A stretch of DNA of 64,000 nt, from NCBI RefSeq assembly GCF_009914755.1, contig NC_060947.1; one strand, 5' to 3'. The notes below the pieces were generated by a model that saw only the letters and a program-made list of their open reading frames with translations, did not search any database and was not told the DNA's origin. This DNA comes from the human T2T-CHM13v2.0 reference genome, Homo sapiens. Positions 22,075 to 36,576 of the stretch are shown here, one piece after another; positions within the stretch are counted from its first letter, which is position 1; the number at the start of each line of letters is the position of its first letter. The position numbers were made by a program, and so were the translations under genes.

Positions 22075-22290
22075 ATTCGGCGTCGCGGGAGCTCTCTGAT
22101 CCACTCAGGGGTCAGGGCATCACTGGTCTCGCGTGCGCGTGACCAGGCCCGGTTTCCGGTGCCAGGACCTTTCCGAAGCGTCGAGTGGCCTAACGGTCAC
22201 AGCTGTCGCCCATCGGAGAGGCAGGACTACTGCGAGCAGTTTTACCGCGACCTCCGGAGGCCGGCGTGACAGGCTCTGTCACTAAAATAG
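22075..22290 (+). other. SCML1: SCML1 non-coding exon 1; TSS approximate
   Basis: Lies downstream of the CCAAT/GC boxes and the C20 run, with a donor-like TAG|GTCTGT at 22290/22291. Inferred from position. Confidence 0.6.
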
Positions 22291-23394
22291 GTCTGTCCAG
22301 TCGTACTTTTTCCTCACCTTGAACTTTCCGTCACGGGAATACACGATTTGGCTTAGGGGCCGGGGCTCTCCTGAGGAGAGAGGGTTTGCTTTGCGGGGAA
22401 GAGCGAGTCTTGACTTCGCAGCCTCCAATTTCAGCCGCGGTGTGGAGGGGGGTGCTTTGGGTGGTCCCCACAGCCTTTCCGGAGTGCCCGCGCGTGTAAG
22501 CTTTTGAGATTTGACAATTTGTGAAGTGCTTGGTGCTGACTTTCGGGGACGACAGGATCCTTTTACAGTCATTCTCCTGTCAGGGGAGGCAGGTGGGGAG
22601 CGAGGAAGGATCCAGATTTCGTTAACAGAGCTTTGAGTTTAAAGAATTGACAAACTCCCGAGTTGATTTCCTGTCAGACCTTTTGCGGTTGAGACATAGA
22701 GTCTGAGGCTTTGATGGTAACCGCGTTTGATTTAGAGACAGACTGTGCAGCTTCGCTGTTTTATTGTAAATACGTAAATGAGGAGGAAGAGAAAAACGTA
22801 GGGTGTTGGGAGCAGAGGCGGGAGGCGGGAGATCCTGCGAAATCGGAGTCCCTTTGGAGTGGGGGAGGCCGTCGAGGCGTGCGAGGGCCCGGCCCCCTTG
22901 CCGCGTGGTCGTTAACAGGAAAGGCCCTGATTTGGTTGGTGGCGGATCGCGTCCCTCCCTCCTCTCCCCGGCTCTCCCCGAGTGCGGCAAACTGGCTTCA
23001 GGTTGACTAAAAGATAGCGATTTTCCAAGCAGCTTTGCCGCGCGGTGTTTTCTAAAGCGGGGCGTGGGCTGGGTGCCCTTTTGGGCCTCACTTGTCCGGC
23101 CTGCGGCAAGTGCTGGGCGATGGGATGCGGTTCTGGCGGCAAAGGAAGGGCTGCCTTTGAGAGTCCCGCAGGAAGGTTTAGAAAGTGATTGTTCTTAAAA
23201 CAAACAGAGCGTTTTGCTGTGTGTTCCTCAAAGTGGTCCCGGTGGGAGTGGCGCCTCATTGTGAGCTGTGCCTTATCTGATGAATTAATGGCAGGTGAAA
23301 GCCTTGCGCCTCCGGAGCGAATATTTACGACTTTTGAAAATGTCTTTAATGTCTAAAAAAAGTCTTTTAGAAAATCAGACGGCCTCTTGTTCTT

Positions 23395-24670
<1,276 letters not shown>

Positions 24671-25696
24671 CTACTATGAACCAGGCATGATGCTGAGAGT
24701 TTAACTGTGTAATTTTTGGCCTAAATAGCCCTGTGAAGTAGATATTATTCCAACTTTACAGGTTAGAAAATTTGAGGCACAGAGAGGTGAAATATTTGCC
24801 TAAAGTGAAACGGCAAATTTGGCAATTTGGACTTGGATTCAAGTGTTTATAACTAAAGCCCAGCTCCTTGCATCATACCCTGGTACCTAAAAGACATAAA
24901 AACTCACTTCAGGTGCAATGTGAATGAAAATGACGTTATGACCCAGGCTTGTTGTCTATGTGCTCCTTGAGAAATAGTTCTGTTGGATAGATGCGGTCAA
25001 TACTCAAAAGCCCTTGCTATCTTTGCCATGCATTACTCTAAGCACTTGACATGTATTAATTTAATCCTCACGATTCCGTGAGGTATGTGCTATTATCATT
25101 CCCATTTTACAGACAAAAAAAAAAAAGGATTTAAGTAAGTTGTTCAACTTACTTACACAGCTAGTATGTGGGGGAGGTGGGACCCAAACCCAGGTATTCT
25201 GACCACAAGCCTAAGGTCTTAATGCTGTTTGATGCTGCCTCTCATGTAACCAGATATGTGTGACAGTTGCCGTAGAAGTATTAAAGTGTGAGTGTTATTG
25301 TAGTTCAGGGAAAGCCGTGTCACATCCACATGGGATGATCATTGGCATGGTGCCCTTGCTTTTTGGAGGTGAAACTTGAAGTAAGCCTTGAAGTTGAATA
25401 GATTCTCCTAGGCGGAGACACAACAGGGTATTATGGACGGAGGGCATAACAGGAGCGAGAAGCTCAAAGAGTGAAAGATTGGTGTTGATTTGTATATGTA
25501 CCAGAGATGTAAACATGTTGGGAGTCCAGTGGTGGACTCACTGCACAGTGCTCCTGTGTCTAACTACAGCCAAATTTTGACAACATTGTTATTAATCCAA
25601 ATAGGGAGTTCTCTGTTCTCTGGATGTAAGAGCTTGTAACCATTGTCTGCAAACTTGCCTGAAACAGGCTACACAGTAAATATTTTAGGCTTAGAA

Positions 25697-26006
25697 CTGC
25701 TGTCCCCAGTCTTTTTGGCACCAGGAACCGGTTTTGGTTTTGTGGAAGACAATTTTTCCACAGATGCAGGGACGGGGGAGTGCTAGCGGGGTATAGTTTC
25801 CTAATGAAACTGTTTCATAAGGAGAGTGCAACCTAGATCCCTCGCATGTGCAGTTCACAATAGGGTTTGTGCTCCTGTGCGAATCTAATACTGCAGCTCA
25901 TCTGACAGGAGGCGGAGCTCAGGCGATAATCCTTGCTAGCTCCTGCTGTGCTCCTAACAGGCCAAGGACCAGTACCAGGCGGTTGCCCAGGGGTTGGGGA
26001 CCCCTG
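25697..26006 (-). mobile_element. MER1-type (hAT-Charlie) non-autonomous DNA transposon
   Basis: Terminal inverted repeats CTGCTGTCCCCA / TGGGGACCCCTG. 8-bp TSD GCTTAGAA / GCTTAGAG, the length typical of hAT elements. Confidence 0.85.
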
Positions 26007-26225
26007 GCTTAGAGTAAAGGGGCAAGTGGTAAGAAGTGACCTCTGCGCAGTGGGCGGGGTCCTGATTATGGAAGGACCTTGCAGGCCATGGTAGGAGTTT
26101 GGATTTTACTGTGTTATTGGTAGCAAAGGTATACCAGGTGATTTTAATAATGAAGTAAAGTGCATAGAGTGTGGTGGTAGACTGCACCATTTACTAGCAA
26201 TGGGACCTGGGCAAATTACTTAAAT

Positions 26226-26435
26226 CAAGCTTGTCCAACCCGCCTTATTTTGTTGTTGTCGTCATTGTTGTTGTTCTGTTTTGTTTTGTTTTAGGCTTTC
26301 GGCAGCCTGAAGCTATGCTTTTTAGTTTCTGTCTCTAGGGATAAGTGGAAAAGAGGGATGAGGAAGGGGCTTTCCTGGCCCAACCAGAAACAAACTAAGA
26401 ACCCATGACTATATTCCCTCCCTTGGACACCCCTA
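26226..26435 (-). mobile_element. MER30-family hAT MITE nested in a MIR
   Basis: Ends CAAGCTTGTCCAA...TTGGACACCCCT match MER30-type termini. The MIR core (GGGCAAATTACTTAA...CTTCAGTTTCCTCAT) is split around it. Confidence 0.65.
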
Positions 26436-28796
26436 GTAAACGTTCTTTGCTTCAGTTTCCTCATAAGGAAAATGAGGACAGTAATAGAACCTATCCCACA
26501 GGGTTGTCAGTAATTTAGCAAGATAGAATACCTAATCAAAGAATCAAAAGAAAGTACAAATTAAATTAGAAATAATAATTTTAAACTGTGGTTTTGCTAA
26601 AAATTCTGTAATTATGATGAAATGATTATCCTTCTGGATAAAAATAATTTGTCAAAACAACTCAAGAAAAAGTAGGATAATTTGACTAGATCATCAACCA
26701 TGGAGGAACTTAGAAAATGTTATAAAAACTGGACCCAGAGAGTTTTTTTTATAAATTCAACCCTTTGAGCACAAAAATTGTCGTGCGATGTAAACTTTTT
26801 AGAGTATAGAAAGAGATGAAAGGCTTCCCAGCTAATTTTGCAGAGCAATTTTGATACCAAGTGTTAATAATGTAGCAATACAACACTGATTCATTAATTG
26901 TGAGAAATATACCATCTCACCAATGTAAGATCTTAGAAATAGAGATGCAAACAATTTCTAAATAAAACACCAACAAATTGAATGTTGTTGTTTATAATCA
27001 GCTGGACCCCTCACCCCAAGAACATTAAGAAATGTATTAATATGTTGCATCAGTAGATCAAAAGAGAAAAGTCACTTAGTCATCTGATGCCAAGAAGCTA
27101 TTTGGTACTATGTATTATCTGTCCTGGTTTTAAAACTACATGCAGGACCAGCAGGATACTACCTTAGTTTATTTTGGAACATCTGGCTGACCCCAACAGC
27201 CCTCCTTAGTGGGAAGAAGTAGAGGAGAATTTTCAAACGTGGAGACCTATCCATTGTTTCTACCTCTAGGAATTTATCCCATAGAACTACTTGCACAGGT
27301 GCAAGACTGTTCTGCAGTGTTCTTTATAAGAGCAAAACTTTAGAAGTAACTTGAATATCTATGAATTGGGGGCTGTGTTTAATAAATCATGGCATATTTA
27401 CAAGATAGAACACTAAGAAGTCGTTACAGTAACTACAGTAGACCTAAAAGTACTGGTTTGGAAAGACTCTTTCCACCACAGGTTAGTTTTGCCTGTTTTT
27501 GAGTTTAATATCAATTGAGTCATATACTGTACTCTTTTGTTTCTGGCTGTTTTTAAACCCAAGGTTATGGTTGTGAGATTCGGCCTTGCTGTATACAGCA
27601 GTAGTTGGTTTATTCTTATTGCTGCGAAGTTCCTTTATATAAATATACCACAATTTAATTACTGATAGCCTGTATAAGTTTTATGGTCAGAAAACTCAAA
27701 TAGTTTAAAAAGTGAAATTTGATTGAAGTTACAGCCCCAATTAGAGAGGTATTTTATAACTTGATACTTCTATGCAACATTAGTCTGCGTTTATCTAACT
27801 CGAGTTAGTTCTCCCATCTTCTTTATCCCTTTTGATTTCTGTCTTTTGGGTTCATGGTCATTAGTATCTCCACTATAGAATGAAAGGGAAACAGGAAAGA
27901 GATGAAACCTGAATCTCTTAATTGTGCCTCTCATTACTGCTCTGGTTCAGAAAGGATAGGGTAGCTCTTTCATTAACGTACCCTTCCCAGTAACTGTGAT
28001 GCAGACATTCAAAGCAAATTTCTAGTACAAGATATAATCCGATACTCTTGCAGCCAGTTTTCTAGTTCCATAGTAAAGTGACTCAGAGCCATAACCAAAC
28101 CTTCCTAATTTTAGATTGTTTGGCTTACCTTTCACATCCACTTATTTAGGTTTAATATAAAATTTAATAAGGCAATCCTAACTTGAAAGTTGAAATGGAC
28201 CTTAGAGATCATCTCAACTGGTGTTCGAAACCTGGTGGATGAGGAGGTGGTGTCTCTTGTGGTCCGCCCAGCCCACATAGTCGGGGGGGACCCAATCCAG
28301 AATAGACTCCTGGCTTACATTTTGGAGGCAATGCTTTCTCCTTAGTCAAGAGCCTTTTGGAGCTCCTTTACAAAAGCAGTTAGCCCTTGCGTTCTCTTGT
28401 TCATTTGTTTCCAGCATTTACTCTGTAGGCTTTAAGTTACTAAGCAGTCACTTCACAGTTTGTAATTGTGTTTGATTTGATTCTTATTTCTAGTCATGAG
28501 CAATATGGCCCTTCAGTTTTGAAAGATTTATTCTAAATTGGCCATGGAAGAATTCTGGTTTTGTCACTCTCTAAAATTCAACCCAAAGTCCAATTCTATT
28601 TGAGTTAGCATTCTGAGAGTATATCCATATTATTAAGGTAGTAAGTGTATGAAGTAACTTTTTTATGCGTTGCTTTTCAGGAGTAGAGGTTTACCACTCT
28701 TAGGTGACTAAGCAGTATCACAAATAAACCCTCCAGCAAGTTTAAAAATAATTAGGTCCAACTCAGAGGAAGTGGAGTTTCTCCTGTTGCACAAAA

Positions 28797-28829
28797 ATGA
28801 TGTCTAACAGCTCCAGTGAAATCGATGTG
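28797..28829 (+). CDS. SCML1: SCML1 first coding segment (MMSNSSSEIDV); exon begins at 28681
   Basis: TTTTCAG acceptor ending at 28680, no upstream ATG within the exon, GTG|GTTTGT donor. The seven coding segments sum to 990 nt = 329 aa plus stop. Confidence 0.88.
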
Positions 28830-30065
28830 GTTTGTATTCAAATTGAAAATCTGTCTTTGTTCTTTTTACTGTGCTATACTTCTACTCTAAATTTAGTTTA
28901 ATTTTATACAGTGAAATGCATAGATCATAAGTAAATTTTTGTTATATATTTTAACAGTAATATATAAAGCTCTTGTGACAATTTGTGTACAAGTTTCTTT
29001 GTGAACACACACTTAAATTTCTTTTGGGTGAACAGACAGAAGTTGAATTACTAGGTCATGGAGTTCATGTGAATTTAACTCTGTGAGAATCTGCCATACA
29101 GTTTTTCAAAGTGGTTGTGCTGTTTTTACATTTCTGTTATATTCTTCTATATTTCTTCATCCTTCAAGTTGAATCAGTATGTAGATTATTAAACTATAAA
29201 TAATTTGGCTTAACAGAAAACACCTTTTTTTTAGTCACATAAGGACATAGATATTAATGCTACCTAAGTAGTCTAGGCAATTCTCTTAACTACTGTCAGT
29301 CCTAATGTTTTTCAAAAATCTTTGGAGATAATGTTAACTGCCTATCAAGAGTCATTTTTCTCTGACATAACTATGTAAAAGCACTTTGAAAAGCATAAGG
29401 CACTATACAAGGGTAAGATAGTATATTTTTAAAAGTACTGAACTGTAACCCAATTCCATATGTTTTTGTGATTTCTGTCATGTATTTTGAAACAAAAACA
29501 TACATAGCTACCAAGTATGTTTATTATAAAATTATTCCCATAGTTCATAATTCATTCTTAGAATGAAGAGTTATTATACTGAAGTGTAATGGCTATTTAC
29601 TCCTTACTTATTTATACCCTGTCTTATTTTTAAAAGTTTTAAGGTACTTTAGAGATTAATGTATCAAGAAAAATAGGTGCTCAAATGTTTTCTGTCTTGT
29701 CCACAGAGGGGCACTGTTGGATTATTTAGAAATCAAAAAACATGTAACATTTATTTCTTTGTTCATGGTTAGAAATATTTGCTTTTAAAGTATTTCTGGT
29801 GCTAAAGGACTAGTCTTTCTACCATGAAGCATATAAAGGGTTAAGCTCAGTGAAAACTGTTGTCTTAAGTGTAGTTGGGTTAATGAGAACACAGTTCTGC
29901 AAATACATCTTTTCATGTAGTCATAGTATTTACAGTGAGCAAAGGTCCTTTGATATCACAAATAGGCCTTTGTAACAGCCTCTTGAAAGTGAAATTAAAC
30001 CCTCAACTTTTCTTTTAGTTCTGTCTTTCATCTTCCCTTTTAATTTGTTGGTAAATTTTCCTCAG

Positions 30066-30149
30066 ATAAAAACAAGAATACCTACTTACGATGAAGATGA
30101 CAACACTATTCTTTATGCGTATGAAACAAAACCTGAATTTGTCAATAAA
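30066..30149 (+). CDS. SCML1: SCML1 coding exon ([28 protein letters not shown])
   Basis: CCTCAG acceptor and AAA|GTATGT donor. 84 nt and symmetric, so it can be skipped in frame. Confidence 0.88.
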
Positions 30150-30627
30150 GTATGTTAATTGCTAATTGCCAAATATATTAACATTTGCTGTTTTAAAGGA
30201 AAAGATGTAAATTCCTCGTATACTATGGAGTTCCCGTAAACTCACACTCAAGAAAATATCTCTCCCCTGAATTTGTATGCTTGCTTTCATCAGAGAATGA
30301 GCACTTAACCAATTTACTTTCCCCTTTTTCTTATATAGTAGAAAATTAAGAGCAGTTTTGTACTCACTTTCAGTATAAAACTCTAAACCTGGATTCTTCT
30401 GATATAATAAATTCTTTTCTTGCCCCCTTCCTCAATTGTCAGTTTTTCATTCTCATATTAATGTGAATTTTAAAAATCTCTGCTTAATTTAAGACTTCTG
30501 AAACCCCTTGAAAAGTTGGTGATAAATAAAAACAATTTAAATAAATAAATATAGCTCCCCCCTGCCCCCAGTGTTCAGTTTGGCTGTTACAGAAATAAAT
30601 CATTAACTACTTTTAAAATATTAGCAG

Positions 30628-30708
30628 GAACCGAATATTGTATCTGACGCATCCTGTAATACTGAAGAGCAACTGAAGACAGTTGATGATGTCCTTATTC
30701 ATTGCCAG
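30628..30708 (+). CDS. SCML1: SCML1 coding exon ([27 protein letters not shown])
   Basis: TAGCAG tandem acceptor and CAG|GTATGG donor. 81 nt. Confidence 0.9.
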
Positions 30709-32589
30709 GTATGGAAGTTCTGTCTCTTCAATGTAGTTTTCTAAAATGTTAAGCAAAAATTCTCTTTATCTCACATAAAGGGAAAGTGTACAATTAATTG
30801 AAATTTTGCCTATCAATTTATTTATGATTATCATCCCATTGTGATGATTTTTTAAAACAATTTATAGTTAGAACCACATTTCCTGAATAGCAACATGTAG
30901 ATTTAATAGCTTTTTAAAAAGCCCATTACCAACCAAATGTAGTTATGTCTCTTTCATCTACATTGCTCAGTATTAAATTAGTTTCCCCTACAAAATCCTT
31001 AAAGGAAATTGACTGATTTGGATGAAATTTAGTATGTGCCTAAATGCACATCAAGATATCTCAATGGAAACAAAGTGGCAGCCCATCAAGGTTTAGTAAA
31101 GAAACATACCTAAGGTAGTTTTGAGGAGTTGTTTTAAGAATCACCATGTTGGTAGAGATGTGATTACTGGGAATTTTGTGAGTTGCATACCCCAGAGGTA
31201 ATGAAGGTTTATATATATATAATGTTTCTTACCATATATAAGGTTTCTTGAATGGAATGAGCTAACATACTTTGGAAAGTAAAATTGTTTGGGTGTTTAT
31301 CATGATCATGGAGGAGAACAGAAGTGGAGTGCTTCCAAGGGACACATACAGTCTTGGGGGGAAGTGGGTGCAGAGGCGAGCTGGGAAGGGAGGGAGCAGG
31401 TTCTCCCCAGCCTGCCTCCCCATGCACTGCTAGGTCATGGTCTAGGTCAGCTTATACGCTGAGGTGGGAGGTAGCATCTGTGGGGGGAGGTGTCCAGGGC
31501 CATGGTCAGCCTGAAATGGCCCCAAGGGCCCCTCTCCATTGCTGCCAAGGGGCTGGCTCTTTCTTCCCCTACCCGTTCTAGATCACAGAGGTGGCACTCC
31601 AGCCTGCCTTGTTCTTTCATCCCAGTTCCCTCTTGAGTCTGTCTCCATCCTGCTTAGTCTGGGAGCAGAGGAAGACCTCGCCATCCCCTGCCTACCTCAG
31701 CTCCCTAGTCCTGCCTCTTCACTCGTGGAGATAGTGGAGCACCTGGGGCAGTCCTCTCCTCCGAGTCCTCATAACTGTCCCCACAGCCAACCAACTGCCC
31801 TCATCCCTGCCCTTCTTCTGACCCCTTCCCGGCCATTCTAGTGACCAGGGCTGACACCCTTGCTGCTTTCTGCATCTAGTCCCCTCCCTGAACTCAGAGC
31901 TGCCCCCCATCGGGCATCCCCCTCTCTCTCCTCTGGCTCCAGTCCCTGTCCCTCCTTCCCCTCTACGAGTTCTCCCACATCTTGGAGAAGCCACTTCTCT
32001 TGCTTCCCATCCCTCCTTTCCTGTCATCCTCACTCTCTTCTTCCTGTGACAGCCCCACTCCTGGAATGTCATTCATACTTGCTGTCTCCACACCTGGCTT
32101 CCTGTTTTTCTCTCTGGGTATTTATGAACCTGCTGTTCCTTCTATGCTGTAAGCCCTTCCATGCATCCTCACCTGGCGAGGGCCTTCTCATGTTTTAATT
32201 CTCACTTCAGACCTCACCTCCTCTGAAAAGGTCTCCGTGACTGCAGCCTGGGTTAGGACTGCTTTTCTGTGCAGGCTTAGCCTCCTGTTCCCACCTGTGT
32301 CACGCCACTGGTAATAACAATAGTAACATGAAGAGACCACTGAGCACTGTTGGACCGGGTGTAGTGTAGTGCTGTTACTGTTAGTATTAACCTAATACTA
32401 TAGCAAGGTTCTCGTCCTCGAGAGAACCCTGAGAGAGCTTTTCATCCTGATTCCCTACATGAGGACACTGAAGCACAGAGAGGTTAAGTAACTTGCCCTG
32501 GGTCACACAGCCAATAAGTGGCTGGACTGTAGTATTTGACCCCAACCATGTTCCCCAAGAGCCTGCACTGTTTATCTCAGTGCCGCAGC

Positions 32590-32775
32590 CCTGTGGTTCT
32601 CACTAGGGCCATCAGAATCACCTGGGGGGCTTGTGAAAACATAGACCACTGCCCCCACTCTCAGAGTTCCAGGTTCCATAGGTCTGGGGTACAACCTGGC
32701 ATTTGGCATTTCTGATGAGCTTACAGGTGATGTTGATGCTACCAGTCCGTGGACCACACTTTGCAAACCACTGTT
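32590..32775. mobile_element. MER5A-like hAT MITE
   Basis: TGGTTCTCA...CATCAGAATCACCTGGGGGGCTTG...GGACCACACTTTGCAAACCACTG. Confidence 0.75.
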
Positions 32776-32853
32776 CCAGGCTGTTTATCACTTTGTCTGC
32801 TGGAATCCTCTTTTTACTTGTCTCTCTCCCAGCTGAGATGGTAGTTCCTCTAG

Positions 32854-33115
<262 letters not shown>

Positions 33116-33235
33116 AGGAGCTTTTTTTTTCGGTCCATGTTCTCAATACCTAGCAAAGTAGTTCTGCCAGGTGGTAGGCCATCAATAAAGGTTTAGTTGA
33201 ATGAGTGAATGAATGAATGAATGAATGAATGAGGA

Positions 33236-33444
33236 AATGTTTCTGGCCCTTTGTTTAAGTGTATTTTTCTTTGCCCAAAGTTTCTGTGTATTTCAAGAAG
33301 AATTCTCAGATTTTTATCAGCCTCCTATGTGCTTGATTGCAATGTTTCTGGCCCTTTGCTTAAGTGTATTTTTCTTTGCCCAAAGTCTCTGTGTATTTCA
33401 AGAAGAATTCTCAGACTTTTATCAGTCTCCTATGTGTTCGATTG
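33236..33444 (+). repeat. 2 x 105-bp tandem duplication
   Basis: AATGTTTCTGGCCCTTTG...CTATGTG starts at 33236 and 33341, with about 6 substitutions between the copies. Confidence 0.95.
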
Positions 33445-34009
33445 GCGCGTAAGAGATGTGTACTTAACGGTTTTGTAAGATTAATTGCTGACTGCGTGAT
33501 TTAAAAATACTTTGAAGCCAAAAGTCACATCTGTTATATTTGGTTCAGTGTTCTTTCTGGAGTGGAACACTCACTGTCTGTATATAATATAGACTTCATA
33601 TTTGTACATATATGAACATATATGTTACATATGTATATCATAAAGTGAGTCTTTGTTCTTTTAGCAGATTTCTTTCCTAAAATAGCACCTTCCTTGATGT
33701 GCAGTGTCTTCATCATCAATGTGCTAGCATAGAGGCATTGTGGGACATTCATTCACCAGCATTAGAGCTTCCTCAATTCCTACATGGAGTAGAGCAGGGG
33801 AGGGGACTACTCTAGCTCAGCCTGTTGGCTCTGTGTCACCTACAGCCAGGCCTTGAATAGGAGCAAGACATTTCTGATGGCTTGAGAACTTTTGTTGTGT
33901 CTAGCAGTTAACATTTGACTTAATGGTATTTTCACGTTACTTTTCTTTGAAATAAAAAATTATATTTTACATTGTATACCAATTATATGACTACATTGTA
34001 TTATAATAG

Positions 34010-34114
34010 GTTATATATGATGCTCTGCAAAACCTGGATAAGAAGATTGATGTGATTCGTAGAAAGGTTTCAAAAATCCAACGTTTCCATGCGAGATCCC
34101 TGTGGACAAATCAT
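34010..34114 (+). CDS. SCML1: SCML1 coding exon ([35 protein letters not shown])
   Basis: AATAG acceptor and CAT|GTAAGT donor. 105 nt; coiled-coil-like peptide. Confidence 0.92.
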
Positions 34115-34503
34115 GTAAGTGTTATAAAAAACATTTTTACAACTGTGATAAACCTCTGGTTTGTAAAGATGCCAATGAGCTAGAAGTGAGAGAGTACCAG
34201 TATCTGTGTGAGATTAGCAAGGCATGTCTATACTTGTAACAGTAGATGGAGACTAAACTCTGTTGGGAGAACGCTGAAGTTTAGGTTTGATAATTTATGA
34301 TGCTGCCTATTTTTATGTTTGTAATTATAATGTGTAAAATACAATTAAAATGTAGGATTGAAGAATTATATAATCAAAAGGGACCATTTATTTTTAATAA
34401 TGTAAAGCAATGTTGCATGGAAAATAAGTATTAATGTATTTGCTACTAATTTTATTTACTTTTTTACTCACTGTTGGTTTATGCTGTGTTTGTGTGATTT
34501 CAG

Positions 34504-34903
34504 AAGCGATATGGATATAAAAAGCATTCTTACCGGCTTGTTAAAAAGCTTAAACTCCAGAAAATGAAGAAAAATGAGGTTTACGAGACATTCTCCTACC
34601 CTGAAAGTTACAGCCCCACTTTACCAGTGTCAAGGCGTGAGAATAATTCCCCGAGCAACCTTCCAAGGCCATCCTTTTGCATGGAAGAATACCAGCGAGC
34701 TGAGCTGGAGGAGGACCCGATCCTCAGCCGCACTCCGAGTCCAGTGCATCCCTCAGATTTCTCTGAGCATAATTGTCAGCCGTATTATGCATCTGATGGT
34801 GCAACGTATGGTTCTTCTTCAGGGCTCTGCCTTGGCAACCCTCGGGCTGACAGCATCCACAACACTTACTCAACTGACCATGCTTCTGCAGCACCACCTT
34901 CAG
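34504..34903 (+). CDS. SCML1: SCML1 coding exon (KRYGYKKH...DHASAAPPS)
   Basis: TTTCAG acceptor and TCAG|GTATGC donor. Overlaps ORF 34564-35046. The internal ATG at 34564 would give a 208-aa isoform. Confidence 0.94.
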
Positions 34904-36424
34904 GTATGCTGGCCCAGGGAGAGCCCAATTTGGTACATGCCCCTGAGATGATGAGTTACTCAGCTTTGATGGAGAATAGGTATACTGGATCATCTCTCTG
35001 CTTCCCTTCTGGTTTGGTGAGTTTGAAATGCCATATTTACAAGTAGCACTATTTGACCTATATTTATCAACATCCTTGATGCAAACTAGTGGAAGCTGTT
35101 CGTTTCCTATTTTGAGGGCTGGTTTTAGGTGATATTCAGAATGATGACTAACATTTATTCAATGCATATTATGTGCAAGGCACTGCACCAATCAGCTGAC
35201 ATGCCTCTTCTCCACTTATACTCATAATGACCCCATGGTTTTGGCACATTTATTACGCCATCCCCACGATCACAGAGCTGGTGAGTAGCACTTCTAGAAC
35301 TCTGCCCCATTGTGCTTTTCCAAATCTTCTATTTTTATTTACCCTTTCCCTAGATAAATAAAAAACACTCCTGATATGGCAAGAGCCCAGATGGTAGGGA
35401 AGAAAGGGTATGTTTTTGGCTAATTCACACACACAAAAAGATCAAATTGTGTTGATGGTCCTGGTTGGAGAAACAAATTTTCCTAACTAATTACAAAACC
35501 CACTTTAGTCATCACACACTAATTTTAGGGAGTCTAACACTGTGGGTGAGTAAAAGGATACTTGTCAGTACACAAAGAAATTTCAACACAACTTAGTGTA
35601 GAGCATAGCTAAAACTTTCTGAAGTATGAGCAGTTAAACTGTCTCATATCTCAGTTATTTTTTAAACATATAAACCTTTGACCAAAATCTCTATTACTAT
35701 GCAATTAAACATGAAAGAGGAATTAAATAAAATGTTAGTTACTTCTGACCTAGTTCAGCAGAAAATAATCTTGTTTTCTTCACAATGCACATTAGCACTT
35801 AAGCCACGAGAGACAGGAATCTAAAAAGTAAAGCGATACTAAAAATAACCTTATTGAATACGTGGGGAAGATTTGATAAAAGTACTAATTTGGTTCTTAA
35901 AGATAATGGGGTTGTTATTGAGATTCATTGATTAAAAGGAACAAATTTAAGCAATTATAAAACTGTAAATTTGGAGAATTTCCATTATATTTTGCTAGTA
36001 AAATTAACCTAATCTAGATAGATTAAGAGAGAAATTCCTTGAAATACTTGAAGAGAGTCATAGGTTAGGTTAGATTAACCTAATTTTACCCAAGTGACAG
36101 ATCTTTTGCCATATTTGCCTGTGGCCAAAGAAGACTTGGTTTACTTAGTCTGTTTTGTGATCTTTGAAACTTTAATGTAACTTCTGAACCAGCTTTTGCT
36201 ATTTAGGGGAGGTCAGATGGGACACTCTTGTGTAGGCATCCCCACATCATCTTTATATAGGCTTTCACTAGATTTTACAGTTGGAGTCTTGACTCCTTGC
36301 TAGGAACATCACAGAAGGTTCCAACAAAGAGAGCATTCCTCCTTACCTAACATCTCTTCTTTCAGGATAATGATCAGGTCGAGTGTGATTTGTCTTTTTT
36401 TTCTTTTCCCCCTCTCCATTGAAG

Positions 36425-36576
36425 TTACAAGGTCACCAGTTGAAAATGACGGTTACATAGAGGAAGGAAGCATCACTAAGCACCCTTCAACCTGGTCGGT
36501 GGAAGCAGTGGTCCTATTTCTAAAACAAACAGATCCTCTTGCATTATGCCCTCTTGTCGACCTCTTCAGAAGCCAT
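36425..36576 (+). CDS. SCML1: SCML1 coding exon, N-terminal half of SAM domain ([13 protein letters not shown]...LFRSH)
   Basis: Pyrimidine tract plus GAAG acceptor, CAT|GTAATG donor. Carries the WSVExV SAM/SPM signature. Confidence 0.95.

Larger units (their letters stand above)
21530..23330. promoter_or_regulatory. SCML1: SCML1 CpG island / promoter
   Basis: High GC and CpG density. NRF1-like TGCGCATGCGCG at 21705-21716, multiple GC boxes, and inverted CCAAT boxes (ATTGG near 21976 and 22018). Confidence 0.9.

Noticed and set aside
29701-29715. CTCF-like CCACAGAGGGGCAC (also near 39974 and 41861)
   Set aside because: Each needs a gap or two or more core mismatches to fit CCASYAGRKGGCRS.
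29979-30065. Upstream AG giving an in-frame 29-aa hydrophobic extension of an SCML1 exon
   Set aside because: The hydrophobicity simply reflects the polypyrimidine tract of the real acceptor, and the upstream AG has a weak tract. No further support.
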